NCBI GenBank assembly: GCA_015060835.1
Contig: SUXT01000001.1
Coordinates: 5,277-69,276, forward strand
DNA length: 64,000 nucleotides
Direction: 5' to 3'
Source of the DNA: Bacteroidales bacterium
GTDB taxonomy: Bacteria; Bacteroidota; Bacteroidia; Bacteroidales; Bacteroidaceae
In this document: positions 27,092 through 35,920 of the stretch, piece after piece
Layout of the letters: each line of letters opens with the position of its first letter
Position numbering within the stretch: position 1 is the stretch's first letter
The notes under the pieces: model-generated
What the model was told of the DNA's origin: nothing
Databases searched by the model: none
What the model saw: the letters and a program-made list of their open reading frames with translations, nothing else
Program-made: the position numbers and the translations under genes

Positions 27092-29995
27092 ATGAAAACA
27101 TCTCTCCGTATATACATATTAAGTCTGATGCTTGCGCTGGCGCTCCCCGGCAGTGCCCGTCTGCACAACATAGTGATAAACGAACTGATGGCGGCGAACG
27201 TCTCATATATGCTCGACGATACATATAATTACGGCGGCTGGGTGGAACTCTACAACAACAGCCCCAAGGCAATAAACCTTGCAGGCTACAGCCTGAGCGA
27301 CGATGCCTCCCTCCCGCGTAAATATATTCTGCCTGCAAATTCAGGAACGCTCCAACCAAATGCATATAAAATAATATTCTTCGACAACAACGAACTCAAT
27401 GCTTCGCACGTGAACTTCAAACTGGACTGCGACGGCGCCACCCTCTACCTCTACGATGAAAAGGGCGTGTCGGTCGACCATGTTGAATACTCCTATGCCT
27501 TCCCCGAAGTATCATACGCCCGCAAGGGCGATGCCTTTGAAGAGTGGGGTACTTGCATCACTCCCACGCCCGGAACCACAAACGATAGCAGCGAATTTTC
27601 GGTCAAACGCGCCGGCAAACCTCGCGTAAACACCCCCGCCGGATTATATGTCGACAACATAATGGTGGAACTGACCTCCGATGGCGGCACAATAAAATAT
27701 ACCACCGACGGCAGCATACCAGATAATCGCAGTGCAGTGTGGAGTGGCAGAATGTACATAGGCGAAACAACCGTCCTCCGTGCGCGCACCTTCAAGAAAG
27801 GTTGCATCCCCTCAGAAATCTTTACCGCCACATATATAATAGACAAGAATCGCGAAATAACACTCCCTGTAATATCAATCACGACCAACCCCGAAAATCT
27901 CTGGAGTGATTCGATAGGTATATACTGTGTAGGTACAAACGGTACAACCGGTAACGGTGTCTCCTATCCTGCAAACTGGAACTGCGACTGGCGTCGCCCC
28001 GCGAACATAGAAATAATCAACAACCCCCGCGATGGCTACATTTCGCAGCAGTGCGACATTGCCATCGGTGGCGGATATTCGCGTGCCTATCCCGAAAAAT
28101 CCATAGAGCTGAATGCCGAAAAGAAGTACGAAGGGCGCAACTCCTTCGATGTCCGCCTCTTTGCCCAAAAGCCTTACTACCGCTTCAAGAGTCTCAATCT
28201 GCGCAACAGCGGTAACGACTTCTACTCCTCCATGTGTCGCGATGCCTTCCAGCAGAGCATATATGCAGGCACAGTAGATATTGACTATCAGGCCTATCAG
28301 CCGGCAATACATTTCATCAATGGTGAATATTACGGCATAATAAACATACGCGAACGTTCCAACCAGCATCATGTCTACAGCAACTGGGGGTACGAAAAAG
28401 AGGAAATAGACCTTGTGCACAACAGTGCATCCGGGGGCGTTGCTCTCGGCGACAAAGTAGCCCTGAACAGACTGCTTGAACTGATAGATGCGGGAGTAAC
28501 CGACCACTCTTACAAAGAGATATGCACTCTCCTCGATGTCGACGAATATATAAACTACATTGTGGCGCAGAGCTTTTCGGGTAACAGCGATTGGATGAGC
28601 AACAATGTGAAGTTCTATCGCAAACGCGACGGTGGCGGCTACCGTTGGGTGCTCTTCGACCTCGACCATGGATTTTCAAACCTGAGTTATAATCAGTTTA
28701 CAGCCACCGACCGTTCAGGACTTTCGAATGTTAGCGTGCCTACCGGCCGCATCTATCAGGGGCTTATAAAATATGCTCCCTTCCGCGAAAAATTCCTTGC
28801 CCATGCAACGGCTGTTATCGGCGGAACAATGCGCGAGGAACGGGTGCAGGCCATTATGGACAATATAAGCGCGCAGATTACCGATGAAACCCCCTACCAT
28901 ACAAAACGTTGGGGAACAGGGTACGACCTTGCATGGCAATGCAGGCAGTATGTAAATTTTGCAAAGGAGCGCAAGGAGATATATGTGAAGCAGTTGGCAG
29001 AATCCTTCTCATTGGGCGACCCTTCCAGGATTGTTATAGCGCCCGGCATAAAGACCGCAATTTACATTGATGGGGTAGAGGTGCCCACCGGGGTATTCGA
29101 TGGCTATGTGAACAAAGGTAAAAAATACCGTCTTTCGGTGGATGTCCCCTACGGTTACAAGTTCAGCAAATGGGTGGTTGCGGCCGGGATAAAGCCTGAT
29201 GAGCAGAAAGAGTATGGTCCGAATTATACGGATACGATACTTGATTTTACTGCGGTTACAGACGCATACACAATCACCCCCCGTTTTGTGCGTATAGATA
29301 CGCTCTATGGCCATCTTGTCCCCGCCGTACGCATAAACGAGCTTGGCGCCAATAAGGAACTTGTGCGCAATGATTACTTCGAAAAAAGCGACTGGATAGA
29401 ACTTTATAATAGGACAGATTCCGTTATAAATATAGCAGGAATGTATATCAGCAACAGCGAGGAGAATCCCAAACTCCACCGTTTCCCCGACACCTATCCG
29501 GGAATGACGCGCATCGCCCCACACAGCAACATTATACTGTGGGCCGATGAGGAACCGTCGCGCCGCGAACTCCATCTGCCATTCAAACTGCCCTCATCGG
29601 GCGGGCACATTATTCTCAGCGCGTATGCCGATGACGACCGCACACTGTTGTGGCGCGACGAACTTGTTTACACCTCTCATCCCGACGACCGCACATTCGG
29701 GCGTTACCCCGACGGCGGTGAGCGGCTTTACATTATGCATCGTCCCACCCCCGGAAGCACCAATCTCTACAGCAGTTACAATAAATTTGTTGTCAGCGAC
29801 ACGGTTACAGGCTACCAACTGGACGATGTTACCTCTATTGCTTCAGTAGAAGAAGACGCTGCGGTTATTTCAGAAAAATATTACAATCTTAAAGGCAACG
29901 AAGTCTCCTACGACGAACTTCCCTGCGGAGTCTATATTCGCCGTACACTCTATGAGGATGGCAGGGTGGTATCCGGTAAATTTATAAAGAAATAG
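27092..29995 (+). CDS. Paralogue of 24166-27087 (LTD - CotH-like - LTD secreted protein)
   Basis: 967 aa with the same architecture. There are long identical peptide runs with the upstream paralogue (CIPSEIFTATYII, YQAYQPA.HFINGEYYGIINIRERSNQH, PAVRINELGANKELV). Confidence 0.7.
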   Translation: MKTSLRIYILSLMLALALPGSARLHNIVINELMAANVSYMLDDTYNYGGWVELYNNSPKAINLAGYSLSDDASLPRKYILPANSGTLQPNAYKIIFFDNNELNASHVNFKLDCDGATLYLYDEKGVSVDHVEYSYAFPEVSYARKGDAFEEWGTCITPTPGTTNDSSEFSVKRAGKPRVNTPAGLYVDNIMVELTSDGGTIKYTTDGSIPDNRSAVWSGRMYIGETTVLRARTFKKGCIPSEIFTATYIIDKNREITLPVISITTNPENLWSDSIGIYCVGTNGTTGNGVSYPANWNCDWRRPANIEIINNPRDGYISQQCDIAIGGGYSRAYPEKSIELNAEKKYEGRNSFDVRLFAQKPYYRFKSLNLRNSGNDFYSSMCRDAFQQSIYAGTVDIDYQAYQPAIHFINGEYYGIINIRERSNQHHVYSNWGYEKEEIDLVHNSASGGVALGDKVALNRLLELIDAGVTDHSYKEICTLLDVDEYINYIVAQSFSGNSDWMSNNVKFYRKRDGGGYRWVLFDLDHGFSNLSYNQFTATDRSGLSNVSVPTGRIYQGLIKYAPFREKFLAHATAVIGGTMREERVQAIMDNISAQITDETPYHTKRWGTGYDLAWQCRQYVNFAKERKEIYVKQLAESFSLGDPSRIVIAPGIKTAIYIDGVEVPTGVFDGYVNKGKKYRLSVDVPYGYKFSKWVVAAGIKPDEQKEYGPNYTDTILDFTAVTDAYTITPRFVRIDTLYGHLVPAVRINELGANKELVRNDYFEKSDWIELYNRTDSVINIAGMYISNSEENPKLHRFPDTYPGMTRIAPHSNIILWADEEPSRRELHLPFKLPSSGGHIILSAYADDDRTLLWRDELVYTSHPDDRTFGRYPDGGERLYIMHRPTPGSTNLYSSYNKFVVSDTVTGYQLDDVTSIASVEEDAAVISEKYYNLKGNEVSYDELPCGVYIRRTLYEDGRVVSGKFIKK

Positions 29996-30013
29996 TCCCG
30001 AGTGATATTATTA

Positions 30014-30047
30014 AGATGGTCGCGCTTTTTGATAAGCGCGACCGTCT
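30014..30047. terminator. Bidirectional terminator-like hairpin between convergent genes
   Basis: agatggtcgcgctt-tttgat-aagcgcgaccgtct, a 14-bp stem with one mismatch, lies between the CotH paralogue (+) and the DedA gene (-). Confidence 0.6.
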
Positions 30048-30070
30048 CTTCTTATATATAAGATGTGTAA

Positions 30071-30712
30071 TTACTTTCCTTTCTTTGCTCCCTTATACAC
30101 CAGATAGATTACAATGAACAATCCGAGAGCAATGAAAATGTAACCAAGTTCGTGGCTGTACTCTGTAACCTTTTCGAGCAACTGCTCTTTGGTCTCGATT
30201 CCGGGTACGGAAGAGAGGTACCATCCGATAGCCGCAAGTATGCTGTTCCAGATGCCCGCACCAAGAGTGGTGTAGAGCAGGAATGTGCCGAGCTTCATGC
30301 GTGCAAGGCCGGCGGGGATTGAAATAAGCTGGCGCACTGCAGGGATAAGGCGACCGATGAAGGTAGACAATGCTCCGCGCTTTTCGAAATACTCCTCTGC
30401 CTGCTGCACTTTGGCCTCATCTATCAGACACATGTGTCCTATGCGGCTGTTGGCGAATTTATAAATGATGGGGCGACCGAGCCACTTTGCAAGAAAGTAG
30501 TTGATAAGTGCTCCGAGGTCGGCGCCGAGGGTTGCGAACAATGCAACCATGAATACATTCATTTCGCCCGATACGGCCGACAGGTATGCGGCAGGAGGTA
30601 CTACAACCTCGGAGGGGAAGGGGATGAATGAACTCTCTATTGTCATCAACAGAGTGATTGTCCAATAGTTCAAGTGGTCGAGACACCACTGGATAAATGC
30701 TACTGATTCCAT
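30071..30712 (-). CDS. DedA family (VTT domain) membrane protein
   Basis: 213 aa. ESSFIPFPSEVVVPPAAY and the polytopic profile are present. Confidence 0.85.
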   Translation of the reverse strand: MESVAFIQWCLDHLNYWTITLLMTIESSFIPFPSEVVVPPAAYLSAVSGEMNVFMVALFATLGADLGALINYFLAKWLGRPIIYKFANSRIGHMCLIDEAKVQQAEEYFEKRGALSTFIGRLIPAVRQLISIPAGLARMKLGTFLLYTTLGAGIWNSILAAIGWYLSSVPGIETKEQLLEKVTEYSHELGYIFIALGLFIVIYLVYKGAKKGK

Positions 30713-30736
30713 AAAGTTATTTTGTTGTTTTTCGTG

Positions 30737-33517
30737 TTATTTGCAGTGTCCGCAAGTGCAGCCCGATGGGTGCTTGCCCTCATCTCCGAAAAGATTCAGA
30801 CGATTCTTGCGTGCCTCATCAAGAGGCTTCAGATTATCTTCACTCTTTTGAGATGCCTCACCACGCAGTCTCTCCTGCTCCTCGCGCAACGAGGATACAA
30901 ATGCTGCGCGGCGCTCTCCACCTGCCATAAGTTCGGCAGCAACAAGCACATTCTGCGAAACATCCTTCACGTGTATCACCGGAGCACTGTATTCGGGTGC
31001 AATCTTCAGTGCAGTGTGCAGGGCGCTTGTGGTAGCGCCGGCAATCATCACAGGGATTTCGCAACCTTTTGATTGCAACTCCTTCACCACTGTAATCATC
31101 TCCTCAAGCGAGGGAGTGATAAGTCCGCTGAGTGCAATAATGTCAGCCTTCTCCTCTATGGCACGCGATACAATCTGCTCGGATGGAACCATCACACCCA
31201 AGTCGATTATGTCGTAACCGTTGCATCCCATGACCACAGCTGCAATATTCTTTCCGATGTCGTGGACATCGCCTTTAACTGTGGCAATAAGAATTTTACC
31301 TGCCGATGCCGAGGAACCGCTCCTCTGTTGCTCGATGAGAGGTTGCAGTATGGCAACAGCCTGCTTCATGGTGCGTGCGGTCTTTACCACCTGCGGCAGG
31401 AACAGTTTTCCCTCGCCGAACAGTTCGCCTACGTATCCCATTCCGTCCATCAGCGGACCGCCTATCACATTTACGGCAGTCTTGTACTTTTCTACCGCCT
31501 CGGCAATGTCCTCTTCAAGATGTTCGCCTATGCCTTTGAGCAGAGCGGTTTTCAGGCGCTCTTCCACGCCGGTGTTGCGCCATGCTTCGTCAGTCTGCTG
31601 TGCAACGCCGGTGCTCTTCTCCTTCAGCGTCGATGCAATTTCAATAAGACGCTCGGTCGCGTCGGTTGTGCGATTGAGAATGACATCCTCCATCACAGTG
31701 CGTATCTCTTCGGGGATGTCCTCATACTGCACACTTGTCTGCGGATTGACGATGCCCATGTCCATGCCTGCGGCTATCGCATGATAGAGGAATACCGCGT
31801 GCAGGGCTTCGCGTACATAGTTGTTGCCGCGGAACGAGAATGATAAATTACTCACTCCGCCGCTGATGTGCGTGCCTGGAAGATTTTTGCTTATCCATTC
31901 GCAGGCGCGGATAAAATCAATTCCGTATGCAGCGTGCTCCTCAATGCCTGTTGCCACAGCGAGTATGTTGGGATCGAAGATAATTTCGTTAGCCTCATAG
32001 CCCGCCTTTTCTGTGAGCAGTCTGTATGCTCTTTCGCATACTTCTATTTTTCTGTCGTATGTGGTAGCCTGTCCCTCCTCGTCGAATGCCATCACCACTA
32101 CAGCCGCTCCGAGCCTTTTGGCCTCTTTAGCGCGTGCGAGGAAAATCTCCTCACCCTCTTTCAGTGAGATTGAGTTCACGATGGCTCTTCCCTGAAGGCA
32201 TTTCAGTCCGGCGCGTATCACATCCCAATCCGAGGAGTCGACCATGATGGGTATGCGGGCAATCTCCGGTTCGCTGCCGAGCAGATTAAGGAAATTTATC
32301 ATCTCCTCCCTTGTTGCCAGCAGTCCGTCGTCCATATTTATGTCAAGCACCTGCGCTCCGTCCTCCACCTGCTTGCGGGCGATGCTGAGTGCTTCGTCGT
32401 ATTTTTTTTCGTTGATGAGACGCAGGAATTTGCGCGAGCCTGCTACGTTGCATCTCTCTCCTATGTTCATGAAGTTCATTCCTCGGTTCACTACAAGGCG
32501 TTCCAGTCCCGACAACCACAGGTCTGCGGGTGCGGGTGCCGGCTTGTGGGGCTTCTTGCCCTCTACAATGGCAGGGTATTGTGCTATGTACTCGTCAGTT
32601 GTACCGCAACAGCCGCCTATTATGTTCACAAGGCCTTCGTCTATGTACTCCTTTATCTGTTCTGCCATCTGCAGAGGAGTCTGGTCGTATCCTCCGAGAG
32701 CATTGGGAAGTCCGGCGTTGGGGTAAGCGCTTATGTAGCAGGGGGCAATCTCTGCAAGGCGCTTGATGTAGGGCTTCATTTGCGATGCACCGAATGAGCA
32801 GTTCAATCCTACGGAGAGTATGTTGCCGCGAACAAGCGAGGCTGTGAATGCCTCCACCGTCTGTCCCGACAGTGTGCGTCCGGCGGCGTCTGCTATGGTC
32901 AGCGAGAGCATTATGGGTACATTCTTGCCCAATTGCTGCATCGCCTCTTCAGCAGCATATATTGCAGCCTTTGCGTTCAACGTGTCGAAGATGGTCTCTA
33001 TGAGCAGTGCGTCTACACCCTCTTCGATGAGTACTCTTATCTGTTCGAGGTAAGCATCGGCAAGTTCGTCGAATGTGATGTTGCGACAAGCAGGATTCTC
33101 CACATCCGGGCTTATGGAGCAGGCGCGGCTTGTGGGGCCTATAGAGCCTACAACGTAGCGTGGCTTTTCAGGGGTAGAGTATTTGTCGGCAACGGCGCGT
33201 GCTATACGCACAGCCTCCCTATTCATCTCTTCGCACAGATGTTCGGTCTTGTAGTCGGCCTGTGATATTCTGTTCGAACTGAATGTATTTGTCTCTATTA
33301 TGTCGGCTCCTGCGATAAGATATTTTTCGTGCAGTGCCGATATTATCTGTGGTTGTGTAAGCACCAGAAGGTCATTGTTGCCTTTCAGCTGTACGGGGTG
33401 CGAAGCGAAACGGTCGCAGCGGAAGTCCTCTTCCTGCAACCGGTATTTTTGAATCATTGTACCCATTGCTCCGTCGAGTATGAGTATCTTCTCTTTCAGA
33501 ATATCTTCTAATTTCAT
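30737..33517 (-). CDS. metH: Cobalamin-dependent methionine synthase (Hcy-, folate- and B12-binding modules; no C-terminal AdoMet reactivation module)
   Basis: 926 aa. The N-terminal ILDGAMGTMIQ, GGCCGTT and the B12 motif GDVHDIGKNI are present. The protein ends about 300 aa short of E. coli-type MetH. Confidence 0.9.
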   Translation of the reverse strand: MKLEDILKEKILILDGAMGTMIQKYRLQEEDFRCDRFASHPVQLKGNNDLLVLTQPQIISALHEKYLIAGADIIETNTFSSNRISQADYKTEHLCEEMNREAVRIARAVADKYSTPEKPRYVVGSIGPTSRACSISPDVENPACRNITFDELADAYLEQIRVLIEEGVDALLIETIFDTLNAKAAIYAAEEAMQQLGKNVPIMLSLTIADAAGRTLSGQTVEAFTASLVRGNILSVGLNCSFGASQMKPYIKRLAEIAPCYISAYPNAGLPNALGGYDQTPLQMAEQIKEYIDEGLVNIIGGCCGTTDEYIAQYPAIVEGKKPHKPAPAPADLWLSGLERLVVNRGMNFMNIGERCNVAGSRKFLRLINEKKYDEALSIARKQVEDGAQVLDINMDDGLLATREEMINFLNLLGSEPEIARIPIMVDSSDWDVIRAGLKCLQGRAIVNSISLKEGEEIFLARAKEAKRLGAAVVVMAFDEEGQATTYDRKIEVCERAYRLLTEKAGYEANEIIFDPNILAVATGIEEHAAYGIDFIRACEWISKNLPGTHISGGVSNLSFSFRGNNYVREALHAVFLYHAIAAGMDMGIVNPQTSVQYEDIPEEIRTVMEDVILNRTTDATERLIEIASTLKEKSTGVAQQTDEAWRNTGVEERLKTALLKGIGEHLEEDIAEAVEKYKTAVNVIGGPLMDGMGYVGELFGEGKLFLPQVVKTARTMKQAVAILQPLIEQQRSGSSASAGKILIATVKGDVHDIGKNIAAVVMGCNGYDIIDLGVMVPSEQIVSRAIEEKADIIALSGLITPSLEEMITVVKELQSKGCEIPVMIAGATTSALHTALKIAPEYSAPVIHVKDVSQNVLVAAELMAGGERRAAFVSSLREEQERLRGEASQKSEDNLKPLDEARKNRLNLFGDEGKHPSGCTCGHCK

Positions 33518-33544
33518 CTTTCTTTGTAGGTGATGAGATGTTGG

Positions 33545-34006
33545 CTAATAGTGTCTCTTTATTCTGTCCATTTCACGTTTGTCGTCGCGCTCTTTGATGC
33601 TCTCGCGCTTGTCATATTCGTGTTTACCGCGTGCGAGTGCAATCACGAGTTTGGCAAGACCTCTCTCGTTTATGAAGAGTCGGGTGGGGACTATTGTGAA
33701 TCCGGGGTTCTTTACGGCTTGTTGCAGTTTCCTTAGCTCCTTGCGCTCAAGCAACAGCTTTCTGTCGCGTCGGGCGGTGTGGTTGTTGTACGAACCGTAG
33801 AAATACTCGGCTACATACATATTCTTCACCCAAAGCTCGGTGCCGGTGAATATGCAGTATGTGTCGACAAGGCTGGCCTTGCCGAGTCTGATGGATTTTA
33901 TTTCGGTGCCGGTGAGGACTATTCCCGCAGTGTATGTGTCGGTTATTACGTAGTCGAACGTGGCACGCTTGTTCTTTATGTTGATGTTGTTTTTTCTCTT
34001 GTCCAT
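33545..34006 (-). CDS. smpB: SsrA-binding protein
   Basis: 153 aa. [14 protein letters not shown] and RKLLL are present. Confidence 0.9.
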   Translation of the reverse strand: MDKRKNNINIKNKRATFDYVITDTYTAGIVLTGTEIKSIRLGKASLVDTYCIFTGTELWVKNMYVAEYFYGSYNNHTARRDRKLLLERKELRKLQQAVKNPGFTIVPTRLFINERGLAKLVIALARGKHEYDKRESIKERDDKREMDRIKRHY

Positions 34007-34043
34007 CTTTTATGGCGGTGTTGTTTGTTGTGATACGAGAAGT

Positions 34044-34619
34044 TTAACTGAGCGTAAGTGTGAGGTAGTTTAGAATGCGGCTTGTTGCCACCGGCAACGC
34101 TATCAGTATTATGGTTACTGTTACAGCGTATGCGAACAGTTGCTCTTTTTCTATTCCCCATATTGCTACAGCACCGTCCTGTACAAATTTCAGCGTATAG
34201 AATTGCGCAATCAATGCCGGCAGACGGAATATGGGGAAGAGTCCGACGCAGATCTCCAATGCAAGTATAACAGTCATCGAGTAGCCTGTGAATATGGCGG
34301 CAGCCTCTTTGTCGACATTCTCATTTATCTGTCTCTCTGTGAGGAACTTTATTGCAACTGTAGCAAAGTAGTAGGCCGCCAGCAACGAAAATGAGTACAT
34401 CGCGGCATCGATAAGTGAATCGTAAATGGTGGCGAAGCTTATGCCGCCTCTTATCAGTCGGCCAAGCACGACAGCCGTGCCGCAGAGCATTGTCATCGGG
34501 TAAAGGAATTCCGACAACATACCTCCTAAGGTGGCATTATGCTTGATGCTGTTCCACCCCTCTGCGGGATGCAACAGCATCTGTATAGTAGTTTCGTATG
34601 CTCTCTTGCAGTGGTTCAT
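34044..34619 (-). CDS. Yip1-domain-like membrane protein
   Basis: 191 aa with about five TM segments. The family call is tentative. Confidence 0.5.
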   Translation of the reverse strand: MNHCKRAYETTIQMLLHPAEGWNSIKHNATLGGMLSEFLYPMTMLCGTAVVLGRLIRGGISFATIYDSLIDAAMYSFSLLAAYYFATVAIKFLTERQINENVDKEAAAIFTGYSMTVILALEICVGLFPIFRLPALIAQFYTLKFVQDGAVAIWGIEKEQLFAYAVTVTIILIALPVATSRILNYLTLTLS

Positions 34620-34640
34620 CCGAACTTCTTCTTCCTCTTC

Positions 34641-35372
34641 TTAGAATGTACGCTTGTACTTTCCTCCGCTTATACTTGCCTTCTTTATTGTGCTTCCTGT
34701 GTTGTTGAAGAACTCGACCTGGGTTGTTATTTTTGTATATACAGAATCCAATTTTCCCAGTCGTGCCGCATCATCTTCGGAGAGCATCGATGCCACCGAC
34801 TTTATGTCGAATGTGAGCAACTGCTTTACAGGCTCGTCGCCGGCAGGTATCTGCGAATAGAGATTGAAGCAGATAGTGTCGCCCGACATTCCTGCAGGTG
34901 TCATCTTGAAGTTACCGAAACTGCCGTTGCTGTAGTATCCCACATAGATATTCTGGAAACCTTTCCACATCCAATGTGAACCATATAAAGGCATAGGGCC
35001 TACACCGGCAATGGCCGACGAGAATGCCTCCTTGTCGACATCTGCATCCGCAAAGAGTGCGTAAACGGGAATCTTCTCCTCTACTGACTTTATGAACCAT
35101 CTGGCTCCTATTGCACCGATTGTGTTGTCAATGTCATATCCCAATGTGATAATGGCTCTGTCGCCATCCTTTAGTCCGAAACTTGCAACCTCATCCTTCT
35201 TTACGGTGTAGAATGTGTCGGAATTTTCGGGGCGCAGGAAGTTTCTGTCAACAGTAAAAATTCCTTGAGTGTATCCCTTTGATGTTGAATGTGCTTTATC
35301 GCACGAGGTTACGAACGTTGTTGCGAGTATTGCCAATAGGCATGATGCAAGTATAACAAAATTCTTTTTCAT
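34641..35372 (-). CDS. Lipoprotein, possibly NigD-like
   Basis: Start trimmed to the ATG at 35372 (MKKNFVILASCLLAILATTFVTSCDK, lipobox). The family assignment is tentative. Confidence 0.6.
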   Translation of the reverse strand: MKKNFVILASCLLAILATTFVTSCDKAHSTSKGYTQGIFTVDRNFLRPENSDTFYTVKKDEVASFGLKDGDRAIITLGYDIDNTIGAIGARWFIKSVEEKIPVYALFADADVDKEAFSSAIAGVGPMPLYGSHWMWKGFQNIYVGYYSNGSFGNFKMTPAGMSGDTICFNLYSQIPAGDEPVKQLLTFDIKSVASMLSEDDAARLGKLDSVYTKITTQVEFFNNTGSTIKKASISGGKYKRTF

Positions 35373-35442
35373 TGTTAAATGTAGTTTGTTGGTTAAATAT
35401 TCAGTTAGAGACCATCGGTCTCTTCTTTTGATAAAGTAACTG

Positions 35443-35450
35443 CAAAGATA
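35443..35450 (-). promoter_or_regulatory. Bacteroides-type -7 box upstream of the lipoprotein gene
   Basis: The plus strand reads caaagata, which is TAtcTTTG on the minus strand. It lies 71 nt upstream of the ATG at 35372 and forms the first bases of the repeat array. Confidence 0.4.
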
Positions 35451-35677
35451 CAAACAAAAGAGCAAGAAACATGAAGTTTACTTCAATGTTTTTTACAGCG
35501 AGTGCAGTATATCTTCGTCAGGTTGACAAAGATAGTGAAAGGCGAGCGAAGAAAAAACAAGCTCGCTTGATTTTTTTTATTCCGAGCCGCATCCTATCTT
35601 CGTAAAATTGACAAAGATAGCAACAAACAAGCAAAAGTTCGTCAAGTGAGTGAATAAAAGTTGCTTTTATTTTTTTA
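35443..35677 (+). repeat. Tandem array of three roughly 85-bp palindromic repeat units at the left edge of the AT-rich island
   Basis: Units start with caaagata at 35443, 35527 and 35612. Each holds a central hairpin followed by a T-run (aacatgaagtttacttcaatgtttttt; gcgagcgaagaaaaaacaagctcgcttgatttttttt; ataaaagttgcttttattttttt). Units 1-2 end with tatcttcg. Confidence 0.75.
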
Positions 35678-35874
35678 ACGGATGCAAAAGGAATTAGGTA
35701 AAGTCAAAATATGAATAGTTTAGATCTTTTGCACTTCAGCCTCTATCGTTCCTTTGAAAAAAACTGACGTTCTCGAATAATCAATGAATTAGAAAATTGT
35801 TTTTATAGCAGACAGATTGTTTGGACTTTTATGTTTTTTTATTGAAAAATAACTTGTATTTGAAAATAAAAAAT

Positions 35875-35882
35875 TATATTTG
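35875..35882 (+). promoter_or_regulatory. Bacteroides-type -7 box upstream of the island operon
   Basis: tatatttg (TAnnTTTG) lies 39 nt upstream of the ATG at 35921. Confidence 0.45.
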
Positions 35883-35920
35883 CATCCTGCTTGGTGTAAA
35901 AAATAAATCAGATATATATT

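Noticed and set aside
30737-33517. metH looks truncated: 926 aa with no AdoMet reactivation domain, ending in a GCTCGHCK tail.
   Set aside because: MetH proteins that lack the C-terminal activation module are known in several bacterial lineages. The ORF is intact through the B12-binding domain and has a normal stop. This is not evidence of a pseudogene.
35468-35677. Hairpin plus T-run motifs in the repeat array as terminators of an upstream plus-strand gene.
   Set aside because: All genes immediately to the left are on the minus strand, so there is no plus-strand transcript to terminate. The motifs are better explained as parts of the repeat units.
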